The notes beneath the pieces were generated by a model, which was not told where the DNA came from, made no database searches, and saw only the letters and a program-made list of their open reading frames with translations. A DNA stretch of 63,914 bases, the filler included, from Anaerolineae bacterium (GTDB lineage: Bacteria > Chloroflexota > Anaerolineae > Epilineales > Epilineaceae), in the NCBI GenBank assembly GCA_029262755.1. It is 7 parts of 7 records of this genome, joined end to end, with 100 filler letters (N's around TTAATTAATTAA, not from the genome) between each part and the next. Parts side by side here need not be neighbours in the genome. Positions count along the whole stretch, not along the records: positions 34,511 to 51,992 come from JAJCYU010000335.1; 6 more parts are not named here. The stretch is one strand, 5' to 3'. How positions within the stretch are numbered: position 1 is the stretch's first letter; the number at the start of each line of letters is the position of its first letter. Positions 37,353 to 48,300 of the stretch are shown in pieces. A program made the translations under genes and the position numbers.

Positions 37353-38330
37353 GTGGAAGCGACAATGACGTTGGAACAGACGCGAGTCGAGGTTGAGCGG
37401 CCGACGGAGCGCTATGCGCGTATCCGAATTGGACCGCTCGATGGCGGCTATGGCACGACGCTCGGCAACGCCTTGCGCCGCGTGCTGCTTTCCAGCTTGG
37501 ACGGAGCGGCGATCACGAGCATCAAGATTGCCGACGTGTATCACGAGTATTCTGTGGTTCCGAATGTGCGCGAAGATACGACGCGCATGCTGCTCAATCT
37601 AAAGCAGGTCCGGTTTCGGCCGCTAGCAGAAGACGGCAGCGAAGATTGGCGGATTAGTTTGATCGCCAACGGCGAGGGCCTGGTGACCGCGGCGGACATT
37701 GATCTGCCGAGTGATCTGGAGATCGTCAATCCCGAGCAGCCGATTCTCACGCTCGACTCGCATGACGCGGAAGTCCAACTGGAGTTTATCGTGCGTCGTG
37801 GGCGGGGATACTCGCCCGCGGACGACCGCGAGAAGCTGGACATTGGTGAGCTGCCGGTCGATGCGATCTTCAGCCCGATTCGCCGTGTCTCGTATCGTGT
37901 AGACAAGACCCGCGTCGGCAAGTTGTCAAACTACGATCGGCTGACGATGGAAATCTGGACCGACGGCACCGTCGGGCCGGAAGATGCCTTGCGGCGCGCG
38001 GCGGCCATCCTCGCGGATCGCTTTCGCGGCGTCGCCGGATTTGGATCGGAGCCGGTTGAGGAAGAGCCTGAAGATGCAGAGGGCATTCCGCGACCGATCT
38101 ATGAAACTGCGATCGAGGAGCTGGATCTCTCGGTGCGCGCCTACAACTGCTTGAAGCGAGCCGGTCTAACGCGCGTGGGAGAGATCCTCGAGCGCATGGC
38201 CCAGGGCGAGGATGAGATGCTCGTCATACGCAACTTCGGGCAGAAGTCATTGGACGAACTCAAAGACGCGCTGTCGGCAAAGGGCTTTATCGAGTACCTA
38301 CCGACAGGCCAAGACGAGGTGGAGGACTAA
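37353..38330 (+). CDS. rpoA: RNA polymerase alpha subunit
   Basis: GYGTTLGNALRRVLLSS and LDLSVRAYNCLKRAG motifs. Confidence 0.97.
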   Translation: MEATMTLEQTRVEVERPTERYARIRIGPLDGGYGTTLGNALRRVLLSSLDGAAITSIKIADVYHEYSVVPNVREDTTRMLLNLKQVRFRPLAEDGSEDWRISLIANGEGLVTAADIDLPSDLEIVNPEQPILTLDSHDAEVQLEFIVRRGRGYSPADDREKLDIGELPVDAIFSPIRRVSYRVDKTRVGKLSNYDRLTMEIWTDGTVGPEDALRRAAAILADRFRGVAGFGSEPVEEEPEDAEGIPRPIYETAIEELDLSVRAYNCLKRAGLTRVGEILERMAQGEDEMLVIRNFGQKSLDELKDALSAKGFIEYLPTGQDEVED

Positions 38331-38333
38331 GCC

Positions 38334-38687
38334 ATGGGCCACGCCAAAGCCGGGCGCAAGCTCGGGCGTGACCGCGCGCACCGACGGGCGATGTTTCGCA
38401 ACTTGATGACGGAACTCTTTCGTCATGAGCGGATCAAGACCACCGAGGCCAAGGCCAAGGCCGTTCAGGGTGAAGCGGAGAAGCTGATTACCCTTGCGCG
38501 GCGCGGTGACCTGCACGCACGAAGGCAGATCATGAGCGAGATCGCAGACAAGGCGATCGTCGATAAGCTGATCCACGTCATCGGTCCGGACATGGCCGAG
38601 AGACCGGGCGGGTTTACGCGCATTCTAAAGCTGGGTGCGCGCAGCGGTGACAACGCCCCAATGGTATTTCTTGAGTTGGTGGACTGA
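38334..38687 (+). CDS. rplQ: 50S ribosomal protein L17
   Basis: RKLGR..AHRRAM.RNL, RPGGFTRILK, GDNAPM. Confidence 0.97.
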   Translation: MGHAKAGRKLGRDRAHRRAMFRNLMTELFRHERIKTTEAKAKAVQGEAEKLITLARRGDLHARRQIMSEIADKAIVDKLIHVIGPDMAERPGGFTRILKLGARSGDNAPMVFLELVD

Positions 38688-38711
38688 TCAGGATTGGGAT
38701 GAACTCGCGCG

Positions 38712-39560
38712 ATGGCGGTGAACTCGTCACGAGGTGTGAGTACCGATCCTGATCGCTCGGGTCCCTCGCTTCCATCGTTGAATCGAGTTCGGATGCGGGT
38801 GGCCTACGACGGAGCGGCATTTCGCGGCTGGCAGCGACAGCCGGGGGTGCGAACCGTTCAGGGCGAGTTGGAGAAGGGTGTTTGCCGTATTGTTGGACAC
38901 GGTGCACGTGTCGTCGGAGCGGGTCGTACGGACGCCGGCGTCCATGCAACCGGACAAGTAGCGCACTTTGACACACGTTGGACACATGGGCTGCATGCGT
39001 TGCAGCGTGCATTGAATGCGGCGTTGCCGCGCGATCTGGTGGTTGACGAGATAGCTGAGGTCGCCGAGACGTTCCATGCTCGTCATAGCGCCATTGGTAG
39101 AGCTTATCGGTATGTGGTCTTGCCACGCCCGCTGCGCGATCCGCTACGTAGGGCACGCAGTTACCATGTGCGCCGCGCGTTGGATGTGACAGCCATGCAG
39201 GCGGCTGCGAGTCGATTGATCGGCAGTCACGACTTCGCCGGTTTTGGGCGTCCCATGACACCAGGTGGGCCGACGCAGCGCCGAATGGATCGAGTCGATG
39301 TTTCGGAACAAAGCGATGAGGTATGGATCGAGCTGGAAGCGAACGCCTTCCTTCGCCATCAAGTGAGACGTACGGTAGGTTTATTGTGCGACGTAGGCGT
39401 TGGCAAGGAACAACCCGCGGTGGTCGACGCGGTACTGAGAAATGAAGCGGGTGCTCCGACGGCCAGGCGTGCCCCCGCCCAGGGTCTTGTGCTCACGGCG
39501 GTGCGCTACCCGCCGGACGAAGCAATTCAACGACGCGCAGAAGCGCGAGAGATGGAGTAA
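38712..39560 (+). CDS. truA: tRNA pseudouridine(38-40) synthase
   Basis: AYDG..F.GWQ, GRTDAGVHATGQV and ANAFL motifs. Confidence 0.95.
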   Translation: MAVNSSRGVSTDPDRSGPSLPSLNRVRMRVAYDGAAFRGWQRQPGVRTVQGELEKGVCRIVGHGARVVGAGRTDAGVHATGQVAHFDTRWTHGLHALQRALNAALPRDLVVDEIAEVAETFHARHSAIGRAYRYVVLPRPLRDPLRRARSYHVRRALDVTAMQAAASRLIGSHDFAGFGRPMTPGGPTQRRMDRVDVSEQSDEVWIELEANAFLRHQVRRTVGLLCDVGVGKEQPAVVDAVLRNEAGAPTARRAPAQGLVLTAVRYPPDEAIQRRAEAREME

Positions 39561-39563
39561 GGG

Positions 39564-40013
39564 ATGAACAGTCGGACTTACGTGCCGGATATGAAGGAAG
39601 TGGATCGAAAGTGGTTGCTGGTGGATGCAGAGGGGCAGACTCTCGGGCGTCTCGCTAGCGAAGTGTCGCACCTTCTCCAGGGCAAGCATCGCCCGACGTA
39701 CACCCCCCATCTCGACACCGGTGACCATGTTGTGATCATCAATGCCGAGAAGATCGCCTTCAGTGAGGCGCGCGGCGATCGCAAGAAGTACTATCGCCAC
39801 TCCGGGTATCCCGGTGGTTTGCGCGAGATGACGCTCACCGAGATGCTCAACCGTCATCCTGAGCGCGTCCTGCGTCTTGCCGTGCGCGGCATGCTGCCCC
39901 GCAATCGTCTGGGCCGGGTGATGCTGCAGAAACTCAAAATCTATTCGGGCGGCGATCATCCGCACAGCGCACAGGGTCCCGTAGCCCACGAATTGACCGG
40001 CGGCGTGCTCTAA
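39564..40013 (+). CDS. rplM: 50S ribosomal protein L13
   Basis: LGRLAS, YTPH.DTGD and HSGYPGG motifs. Confidence 0.97.
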   Translation: MNSRTYVPDMKEVDRKWLLVDAEGQTLGRLASEVSHLLQGKHRPTYTPHLDTGDHVVIINAEKIAFSEARGDRKKYYRHSGYPGGLREMTLTEMLNRHPERVLRLAVRGMLPRNRLGRVMLQKLKIYSGGDHPHSAQGPVAHELTGGVL

Positions 40014-40062
40014 GCGGCACGTATTGCACCCATCAGCAAACGAACCACTGCGAGGCTAGGAC

Positions 40063-40488
40063 ATGGCAAAGGCCGAACGGGCTCCGATGGCCCAAGTAGA
40101 AGGAAAGTATTTCTATGGCGTGGGGCGTCGCAAGTCGGCGTCTGCGCAAGTTCGCGTCTACGCGGACGGTTCCGACCTGATCATGGTCAACGGGAAGACC
40201 CTTGAGGACTACTTCCCGCGCGCCGTCGATCAGCGCGCCGTACGTAGCCCCCTCGTTGCGGCAGGCGCTGCCAACTATACCGTGACCTGCATGGTGCAGG
40301 GCGGTGGGATTACGGGGCAATCAGGGGCCATCATGCAGGGCATCGCTCGATGCTTGGTCAATGCCGACGAAGACCTACGCGTGACCTTGCGTCGTGGTGG
40401 CTACTTGACGCGAGACCCGCGGGAGAAGGAACGGAAGAAGCCTGGTTTGAAGCGTGCCCGAAAGGCACCGCAGTACACCAAGCGCTAA
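40063..40488 (+). CDS. rpsI: 30S ribosomal protein S9
   Basis: GRRKSA, GGGITGQ and ERKKPGLKRARKAPQYTKR motifs. Confidence 0.97.
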   Translation: MAKAERAPMAQVEGKYFYGVGRRKSASAQVRVYADGSDLIMVNGKTLEDYFPRAVDQRAVRSPLVAAGAANYTVTCMVQGGGITGQSGAIMQGIARCLVNADEDLRVTLRRGGYLTRDPREKERKKPGLKRARKAPQYTKR

Positions 40489-40510
40489 ACCGCAGCATTC
40501 TGCAAGAGAC

Positions 40511-40548
40511 GACGGCCCATCCCGGTTACGCCGGGGTGGGCCGTTTCT
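40511..40548 (+). terminator. Intrinsic terminator after rpsI
   Basis: GACGGCCCATCCCGG-TTACG-CCGGGGTGGGCCGTT hairpin followed by a short pyrimidine tract. Confidence 0.7.
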
Positions 40549-40600
40549 CATCGGTTGGTGCTGAGTACGGGTTGCGGGTTTCCGGCGTTCGAGCCGGCTA

Positions 40601-41512
40601 TCAATCCGCGGAATCGCTCTGTGAATCGCTCGGGGTCACGGCTCGCGCTACAAGGATCTTGACGCTGGGATCGACGTAGCAATCCTCAACCTGCTTGGCC
40701 AGCCGACCGTCATCGGCATCGTCGACGGGATCAACGACTATGTCGGCGTCGGTCGAGCGCATGTCGCGCACAGCCGGCGCCTCGTTAGGCGTGGCCATCT
40801 GAAGGAGAAACTCCCGATTTCCGGATCCGCCCGTGATCGGGGACGCGGTTGCGTCTATGACGCGCCACCGCGCGTCCCGTGCTTGTTCGATCACTGCTCG
40901 TAGCACCGAGCGATGGACATGCGCGTCGCGCACGATGCCACCGCGCCCCACGCGCTCCCGACCCGCTTCGAATTGCGGTTTGACCAACGCGATAACGTCG
41001 CTGCCCGGAGGACAAAGGGCCTGGATCGGAGGTAGGACCGACCGCAATGCGATAAAAGCAACATCGACGACGGTCACCGTTGGCGTGGTTGGCAATGAAT
41101 CCAGCCGCCGGATGTCTGTCCGTTCCATGCACGTGACACGCGCATCCTGCCGCAATCTCCATGCTAGTTGGTTTCGGCCTACATCAACCGCGAAGACGTG
41201 ATCCGCACCGCGTGCGAGCAAAACGTCGGTGAAACCACCGGTCGACGCGCCAACGTCGAGGCAGACCTGTTCACGCACGTCGATTCCAAACGCATCGAGC
41301 GCATGGACCAGCTTCAGCGCGCCGCGCCCTACCCACGGGGAGCGTTCGCGCATGGTGATTTGCGCGTCAAGGGCAATCGAAAGCCCGGGTTTGTCGCTGC
41401 GGTGCCCGGCAACGGAAACGTCTCCCGCTCGGATTAGCGCTTGCGCCTTGGTGCGTGATTCCGCAAGCCCCCGCTGGACAAGCAATACGTCGAGTCGTTC
41501 TTTCGCCGGCAC
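40601..41512 (-). CDS. tlyA: TlyA-family rRNA 2'-O-methyltransferase
   Basis: ERLDVLLV.RGL.ESR, LDVGASTGGFTD and LVKPQFE motifs. Confidence 0.93.
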   Translation of the reverse strand: MPAKERLDVLLVQRGLAESRTKAQALIRAGDVSVAGHRSDKPGLSIALDAQITMRERSPWVGRGALKLVHALDAFGIDVREQVCLDVGASTGGFTDVLLARGADHVFAVDVGRNQLAWRLRQDARVTCMERTDIRRLDSLPTTPTVTVVDVAFIALRSVLPPIQALCPPGSDVIALVKPQFEAGRERVGRGGIVRDAHVHRSVLRAVIEQARDARWRVIDATASPITGGSGNREFLLQMATPNEAPAVRDMRSTDADIVVDPVDDADDGRLAKQVEDCYVDPSVKILVARAVTPSDSQSDSAD

Positions 41513-41680
41513 GAGTTCGTCCTCGAGAGGATCGGGGAGGGAAGCCAGGTGATGCGCACCATTCTGCACGGTTGTCGCCGAAGCCCAAAGACGTGCATGG
41601 CTCTTGGCCTCCGTTGCTGGATGCACAGATCGTTGGGCCGCCCTTGACCGTCTTCGGGCCGCACATTACCATCGCGCGCC

Positions 41681-42667
41681 GTGAGCCCCCCCATCCCCGA
41701 TCCGGAACGCCGCCGCGGACCCGCGCGCGCCCTTCTGGCCGCAATGCGACCGCGCCAGTGGACGAAGAACGTCGTCGTCCTGGCGGCGTTGGTGCTGTCG
41801 TTGCAGCTGGACGAGCCTGCCAGGCTCGTGCGGGCCGCAGCCGCCTTCGTCATATTTTGCGCCGTCTCGAGCGCGGTGTACTTGGTCAACGACCTGGTAG
41901 ACATCGAGAGCGACCGGCTGCATCCCGAAAAGCGACGCCGGCCACTCGCTGCCGGCGAGTTGCAGCCGGCGAGCGCGTTGATGGCCGCCGGGGTTCTCGT
42001 TGTGGCGGCGATCGGTGGCGCGATCGCGCTCGTCGGGTGGAGTACCGTCGGCCGTAGTAGTCCGATGTTGGTCGCAGCCGTGGTTGCGTACCTTGGTTTG
42101 CAGCTTGCCTACACCCTGCGGCTCAAGCACATGGTGATCGTCGAGGCGCTTTCCATCGCGGGTGGCTTCGTCCTGCGCGTCCTGGCCGGTGGCGCTGCAA
42201 TCGACACCGCGATCTCTCCATGGCTGTACCTGTCGATGATCAACGTCGCACTGTTTCAGGCCTTTGCGAAGCGCTACGACGAGCTACGCGTATTGGCCGA
42301 TGCGGCCGGCGGTCATCGACGTAGCCTGGAGGAGTACACGCCTGCGTTGCTGGAGCAATTCATCACCCTGAGCGCAACAGCGACCATCGTTACCTACGCG
42401 ATGTACGCCATTACCACGCCGTGGCTGCCGGCGGGAATCAGTGCCAACGCGATGTTGCTGACCGTTCCTTTCGTAATCTACGCAATCCTTCGTTACCTCT
42501 TCTTGGTCCAGGTGCGAGGTATGGGCGGAGCACCGGAGGTCGTCCTTCTGCGCGACCCGCTGCTCCTGATGTCGGTGCTAGGGTGGGGCGTGATGCTCTT
42601 GCTGATTCTCTACGCTTGGCCTGTTTTGGCGCCATCCGGGGTGCTCGACGTCCCCCCGCTACCCTAG
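41681..42667 (+). CDS. UbiA-family decaprenyl-phosphate phosphoribosyltransferase-like protein
   Basis: RPRQWTKN, YLVNDLVDIESDRLHPEKRRRPLAAG and GFVLRV motifs. Confidence 0.9.
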   Translation: MSPPIPDPERRRGPARALLAAMRPRQWTKNVVVLAALVLSLQLDEPARLVRAAAAFVIFCAVSSAVYLVNDLVDIESDRLHPEKRRRPLAAGELQPASALMAAGVLVVAAIGGAIALVGWSTVGRSSPMLVAAVVAYLGLQLAYTLRLKHMVIVEALSIAGGFVLRVLAGGAAIDTAISPWLYLSMINVALFQAFAKRYDELRVLADAAGGHRRSLEEYTPALLEQFITLSATATIVTYAMYAITTPWLPAGISANAMLLTVPFVIYAILRYLFLVQVRGMGGAPEVVLLRDPLLLMSVLGWGVMLLLILYAWPVLAPSGVLDVPPLP

Positions 42668-42749
42668 CATCATTTCGTGTAGCGATAGGGCTATCACCGC
42701 ACGGACTCCGGCTAGAATTACGACATTTTGTTTACATAACGCGCCCCTA

Positions 42750-44348
42750 TCAACCGTTGTCCGGGCAACCCCAACCTCCGCCGCCGGGAGAGCGAACAAT
42801 AAGGGTATCGCCCGCCTCTACGTCGAGGCTGGTCTTGGCCGGAAGCACAATCGGTTGCGATTCCGCTGCGCGAACGAGCACGTTTTGACCCGGTTCGCCG
42901 GCGCTTCCGCCGGCGAGGCCCGGCGGGCCATGGCGGCGTCGTTCCGTAACGAGGGTGACGCGGGCCGGAGCTAAGAACTGTAGGGCCCGTTCCACTCCCT
43001 CGCCTCCCCTATGCCTTCCCGCGCCGCCCGAATGTGCACGCAGCCGGTATGAGGCCACGCGCAGCGGCACGGAGAGCTCCAGGGCTTCGACGGGCGTGTT
43101 GAACGTGTTGGTCATGTGGCACTGTCGACCGGAGGAGCCAGGCCCCATTGGGCCACCTCCGCCGCCACCACCCATGGTTTCGTAGTACGCCCAATCGGCC
43201 CGTGATCCCGTCCCTGCCCCTGTTGTTCCTGGAACGTCCGCGGATCCACCGGCAAGCACATTGTTCATGCTGCCTTGTGATGATGCGGGCATGATGCCGG
43301 GGATCGCCTGGTCGATCGCGGCGAAGAGTACGTCGACGACCCGTTGCGAGGTCTCGACGTTGCCTGCGGCGACCGCGGCGCCGGGATAGGGGTCGAGCAG
43401 GCTTCCCTGGCGAACCTGCACCCTGGCCAACGACAGGCTTCCGTCGTTGAGCGGCACGTCGGGCAGCAGGCACGCGAGGGCGTAGCGAACGGCGGCGACC
43501 GTCACGGCTCGAGGCGCGTTGATGCCACCACCAACCTGGTCGTCGCTGGCGCGAAAATCGGCCCGGAGACCGCCCGCGGCGTCAATGTGCACGTGTGCTC
43601 GGATCTCGAACGGGCCGTCCACGAGCCCGTCGTCCTCCATTGTGCCGCGCGCGAACCCTTCACCGGCCGGAAGCGCTTGCAGCCGCGCTCGGCCGAGCCG
43701 GTTGCTCCAATCCAGCAGGGCATCACAGCCTTCCTCAAACGCGAATCCGCCCGCAAGCAAGGCCCGAAGGCGTGCTTCACCCACGTGATGGGCTCCGAGT
43801 TGGGCCGCGAGATCCCCCCGTCGCTCGGCAGGGGTGCGCGAGTTCGCCGCGAACAACGAGACAATGTCCGCCTGCAAGATTCCGCGGCGGCGCAAGAACA
43901 CCGGTGGCACGATCAAGCCTTCGGCGAATAGATCGCGCGTCATCGCCATGGACCCGGGGGCCGATCCGCCGACATCGGCGTGGTGGGCCCGCGTCGCGAG
44001 AAAGGCACGGGGACGCGGGACCTCGTCGCGAGGGTGAGCATCAAAGACCGGCGAAACCGTGGTGACATCGGGCAGGTGGCTTCCGCCGTGGAACGGATCG
44101 TTGAGGACGATCACGTCGCCCGCGGACCATTCGTCGCCTACGACAGCGCGCGCCGCGGCGACCGAGGCCGGGAGCGCGCCTAGGTGGACGGGAATGTGCG
44201 CGGCTTGGGCAAGCAACCGCCCCTGCGCATCGAAGACAGCGCAACTGTAATCGCGCCGCTCCTTGATATTGGGCGAATGTGCGGCGCGGCGAAGTGCTTC
44301 GCCCATCAACTCCGCTACCGACTCCAGGCGATGCCGAACGACTTCCAA
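42750..44348 (-). CDS. Hydantoinase B/oxoprolinase family protein (true start may be a little upstream)
   Basis: SPNIKERRDYSC, HIPVHLG, NDPF.GG.HLPD, HHADVGG and HMTNT motifs. Confidence 0.92.
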   Translation of the reverse strand: MEVVRHRLESVAELMGEALRRAAHSPNIKERRDYSCAVFDAQGRLLAQAAHIPVHLGALPASVAAARAVVGDEWSAGDVIVLNDPFHGGSHLPDVTTVSPVFDAHPRDEVPRPRAFLATRAHHADVGGSAPGSMAMTRDLFAEGLIVPPVFLRRRGILQADIVSLFAANSRTPAERRGDLAAQLGAHHVGEARLRALLAGGFAFEEGCDALLDWSNRLGRARLQALPAGEGFARGTMEDDGLVDGPFEIRAHVHIDAAGGLRADFRASDDQVGGGINAPRAVTVAAVRYALACLLPDVPLNDGSLSLARVQVRQGSLLDPYPGAAVAAGNVETSQRVVDVLFAAIDQAIPGIMPASSQGSMNNVLAGGSADVPGTTGAGTGSRADWAYYETMGGGGGGGPMGPGSSGRQCHMTNTFNTPVEALELSVPLRVASYRLRAHSGGAGRHRGGEGVERALQFLAPARVTLVTERRRHGPPGLAGGSAGEPGQNVLVRAAESQPIVLPAKTSLDVEAGDTLIVRSPGGGGWGCPDNG

Positions 44349-44401
44349 GCTCGCGATATCAAACGCGCGTTCCGCAGCGCTGCGTGGCGAGCCGATCGCG
44401 C

Positions 44402-45076
44402 TCAGGGGTAGCTTTCCCCGGAACCCTTTGCATCGGCAGCCTCAGCGGTCGCGGTTTGGTCACCGGGGCCGGGATAGCCGTCGAGGGTGGTCGCCTCGGG
44501 CGAAGGCTGCGGGGTTTCTGTTTCCTCACCCGGCTCCATGGTCTCTTCCGGGGTCGGGGTGAGCTTCCCTTCGCTCGATGGCACAGCGCGCGTCGCTGTT
44601 GCGGTGGGGCGCGGTGTTCGCGTTGGACGAGGCGTGCGGGTGGGGAGAGCGACCTGCGGGGACGGCTGCACCAGGATCGTAGTTGGGATCGCGGGAATCA
44701 TCGGGCTGGTCCGGCCCGAATCAGCTGCCAACGCGGTCGCGGTCAGGAAGGGGGCCGGCAGCGCCAGCGAGGAGCCATCAACGCCGGACGCCGGCGTCGA
44801 GCGCGCACCGGGGCCCGCGAGATCGCGGGCGCGGGGCGCAGAGCGCAAACCGCCGGGACGCGGCGTCACGGTAGGGGTAATGGACGCAGCTCGATTCGCC
44901 TCGAGACGCTCGTTGTTTACACAGAACCAACGGGCACTGCGGCCGCTCAATCCGCTGCACGTACCTTGCAACAGAAGGGCGCCGACAAGCGCGGTGGCAA
45001 CCAGGGCCAAGCCGAGCTCGCCGCTTACCGAGCGACGGGCGCCGCGTTCGGCACGTTCGGTAGGTCGATAGATCAT
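44402..45076 (-). CDS. Hypothetical membrane-anchored Pro/Thr-rich protein
   Basis: One TM segment then a PT-rich low-complexity tail; adjacent to the hydantoinase gene. Confidence 0.5.
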   Translation of the reverse strand: MIYRPTERAERGARRSVSGELGLALVATALVGALLLQGTCSGLSGRSARWFCVNNERLEANRAASITPTVTPRPGGLRSAPRARDLAGPGARSTPASGVDGSSLALPAPFLTATALAADSGRTSPMIPAIPTTILVQPSPQVALPTRTPRPTRTPRPTATATRAVPSSEGKLTPTPEETMEPGEETETPQPSPEATTLDGYPGPGDQTATAEAADAKGSGESYP

Positions 45077-45155
45077 GGAGGTAGACGGTCCCAATCGGGG
45101 CGGGACGAGGGTCGCGCTAGGATAGGCAGCGGCCCATAACGAGTCAAGCATTCGG

Positions 45156-45183
45156 TTGACCCTAAGCGGCCAGACGCTATACT
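45156..45183 (+). promoter_or_regulatory. Promoter upstream of stand-alone rpoC
   Basis: TTGACC-N16-TATACT. Confidence 0.65.
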
Positions 45184-45365
45184 TGCGGCGGATCTACGTG
45201 CTCTGCCGACATGATCCCCTCGCGGGAGCCTTGTCGGCGGCGCTTGTCGCATTTAAGTAGTCACCATGCAGTGCCATTCGCCCTCGTGCATCGCGCAGCG
45301 CGCCCGGCATACGTGCCGTACCCGCGAAAATAGCGCGACACGACAAGCAATCGGAGGCCGCGGGC

Positions 45366-48300
45366 TTGGAGATCAAGGACTTCCACGCCATTCGGATCAG
45401 CCTCGCATCGCCCGACGAGATGCGTTCCTGGTCCCATGGCGAGGTCACGAAGCCGGAGACGATCAACTACCGCCGTCTGCGGCCCGAAAAGGACGGTCTC
45501 TTTTGCGAGGCCATCTTCGGGCCGACCAAGGATTGGCAGTGCTATTGCGGCAAATACAAGAAGATCCGATATCGCGGCATCGTCTGCGACAAGTGCGGTG
45601 TCGAGGTTACGCGTGCGCGCGTCCGTCGAGAGCGGATGGGGCATATCGATCTCGCCAGCCCGGTAGCGCACATCTGGTACACGCGCCGCGTACCCAGTTA
45701 TCTGGGCATCTTGCTCGACATTTCCCGGCGCAACCTCGATCGCGTGCTGTACTTTGCGCAGTACGTGGTCACCGGAGTCGATGAGGAAGCGCGTAAGCGC
45801 GAGGTCAAGCACCTCGAGGAAGAGTTGCGTGAGGCCGTCGCGGCCGCCCGGGGACAGGATGCCAAGGACCCGTCTGCTGAGCGGGCTCAGGTCGAGGAAG
45901 CGTTGGCCGGCCTCAAGGCGGATCTCGACGAGAAGCGGGTCGATGCGAATGCATCCTTGGAAAAGGCGTCCGGTGACCTGATGCAGGCGGCCGCTGAAAT
46001 GCAGCAGCGACTCAACGAGCTGCGTGACGAGGTTCCCGAGGAAGATGTTCTCTTTGAGGCAACCGGCGCCGTGATCGCCCAAGCGGGCGAAGCCGTGGAC
46101 GCCGAAGCGCACGAGCGGCTCAACGAGGTGCTGCAGGCTCGTCTCTCCGACCTTCAGATGGAGGCGGAGGAGGCTGTCAGCGAAGAGCAAGCCCGTTATC
46201 AAACCGAGCGCGCGAAGCTCGAGAAGGAGCTCGCTGCCGAGCCCGAGGAGGGCGCCGACGACGATGAGTCGGTGGCGGCCTTGGAAGAGGCGTATCGTGC
46301 CTCTCGGGACGAGCTCGAGAACCTCACGGTGATGCAGCTTCTCACCGAAGCCGAGTACTGGGACCTCAAGGATCGATTCGGGTCCGTGTTCTCGGCCGGA
46401 ATGGGCGCCGATGCGGTCTTTGAGATCGTGTCGAAGCTGGACCTGACCACCCTGGCGCGTGAGATGCGCACCGAGATTGCAACGGGTCGCTCGAAGCAGC
46501 GGCGCAAGAAGTCCACCAAGCGGCTCAAGGTCATCGAGGCGCTACGTCGGTCGAACAACAGGCCGGAGTGGATGATCCTGCAAGTCCTGCCCGTCATTCC
46601 GCCCGATTTGCGCCCCATGGTGCAGCTGGACGGTGGTCGGTTCGCAACCTCGGACCTGAACGACCTCTATCGGCGCGTGATCAACCGAAACAACCGTCTC
46701 AAGCGTCTACTCGAGCTGGGTGCGCCGGACGTGATCATCCGCAACGAGAAGCGCATGTTGCAAGAGGCGGTCGATTCGTTGATCGACAACAGCCGCCGCG
46801 GTAAGGCCGTTTCGGCGCGCGGTCGTCGCAAGCTGAAGAGCCTCTCCGACATGCTCAAGGGCAAGCAAGGCCGATTCCGGCGCAACCTGCTCGGCAAGCG
46901 CGTCGACTATTCCGGCCGTTCGGTCATCGTGATCGGGCCTCAGTTGAAGCTGCACCAATGCGGGTTGCCGAAGACGATGGCGCTTGAACTGTTCCGCCCC
47001 TTCGTGATGCGCAAGCTCGTCGAGTACAACTTCGCGCACAATGTGAAGGGTGCCAAGCGGCTCATCGAGAAGATGGACCCGGTAGTTTGGGAAGTGCTGG
47101 AAGAAATCATCCAGGACTACCCCGTCTTGCTCAACCGCGCCCCGACGCTGCACCGTCTCGGCATCCAGGCCTTCCAGCCGATCCTCGTCGAAGGCAAGGC
47201 GATCCAGATTCACCCGCTCGTATGCTCGGCGTTCAACGCCGACTTCGACGGCGACATGATGGCCGTGCACGTGCCGCTCTCCGAGAAGGCGAAGCGGGAG
47301 GCGCGCGAGTTGATGCTTGCCAGCAACAACCTGCTGAAGCCAAGCTCGGGCGAACCGATCGTGGAGCCGACCAAGGACATGGTCCTCGGCATGTACTACC
47401 TCACGGTCGAGCGGGACGGTGTTCTGGGGTCCGGAACGGCCTACACCAGCGTCGAGGACGTCGAGTTGGCCTACGACATGGGTCTGATTCACATCCACGC
47501 GCCGATCACGCTCTACACCACGACGTACTATGGTGAGGACGGCAAGCGCGTCCCGGACGAGGTGCCGATCGAACGCACGATTCAGACGACCGCGGGGCGC
47601 GCCATCTTCAACCGCCAATTGCCCGACGGTGTCCGGTATTGGGATGTCGGCATCCCGCTTGGCAAGGGCGAGGTCAAGGACCTCGTGGCCGAGATCTACG
47701 AGCACGTCGGTCCGGAGTTCACGGCCGAGGCGGTCGATCGCATGAAGTCGATCGGCTTCCAGTTTGCGACTCGTTCCGGGCTTTCCATTGCCGTAGACGA
47801 TCTTGTGATTCCCGGGCAGAAAACCGCGGTCATCGCCGAGGCGGATGAAGTCGTGCTCGAGCTGAACCGCAACTACCGGCGCGGCTTGATCACCGACGAT
47901 GAGCGCTATATGCGCACCGTCGAGGTCTGGAACCGCGTAACGGACGTCCTGACCGACGCCGTACGCGACGAGCTGCCCGAGTTCGGCGCCATCCGAATGA
48001 TGGCGGCGAGTGGATCCACCAAGGGTGGCTTCAGCCCGATTCGCCAGCTCGCCGGGATGCGTGGTCTGATGAGCGACCCGTCGGGCCGCATTATCGACCT
48101 GCCGATTCGCTCGAACTTCCGCGAGGGCTTGAGCTCGCTCGAGTACTTCATCTCGACTCACGGAGCGCGCAAGGGTCTGGCCGATACGGCGCTGCGAACC
48201 GCAGATGCCGGATATCTGACCCGCCGCCTGGTGGACGTAGCGCAGGACGCGGTGATCAACGACCACGATTGCGGAACGACGCACGGTCTGTTGCTCGATG

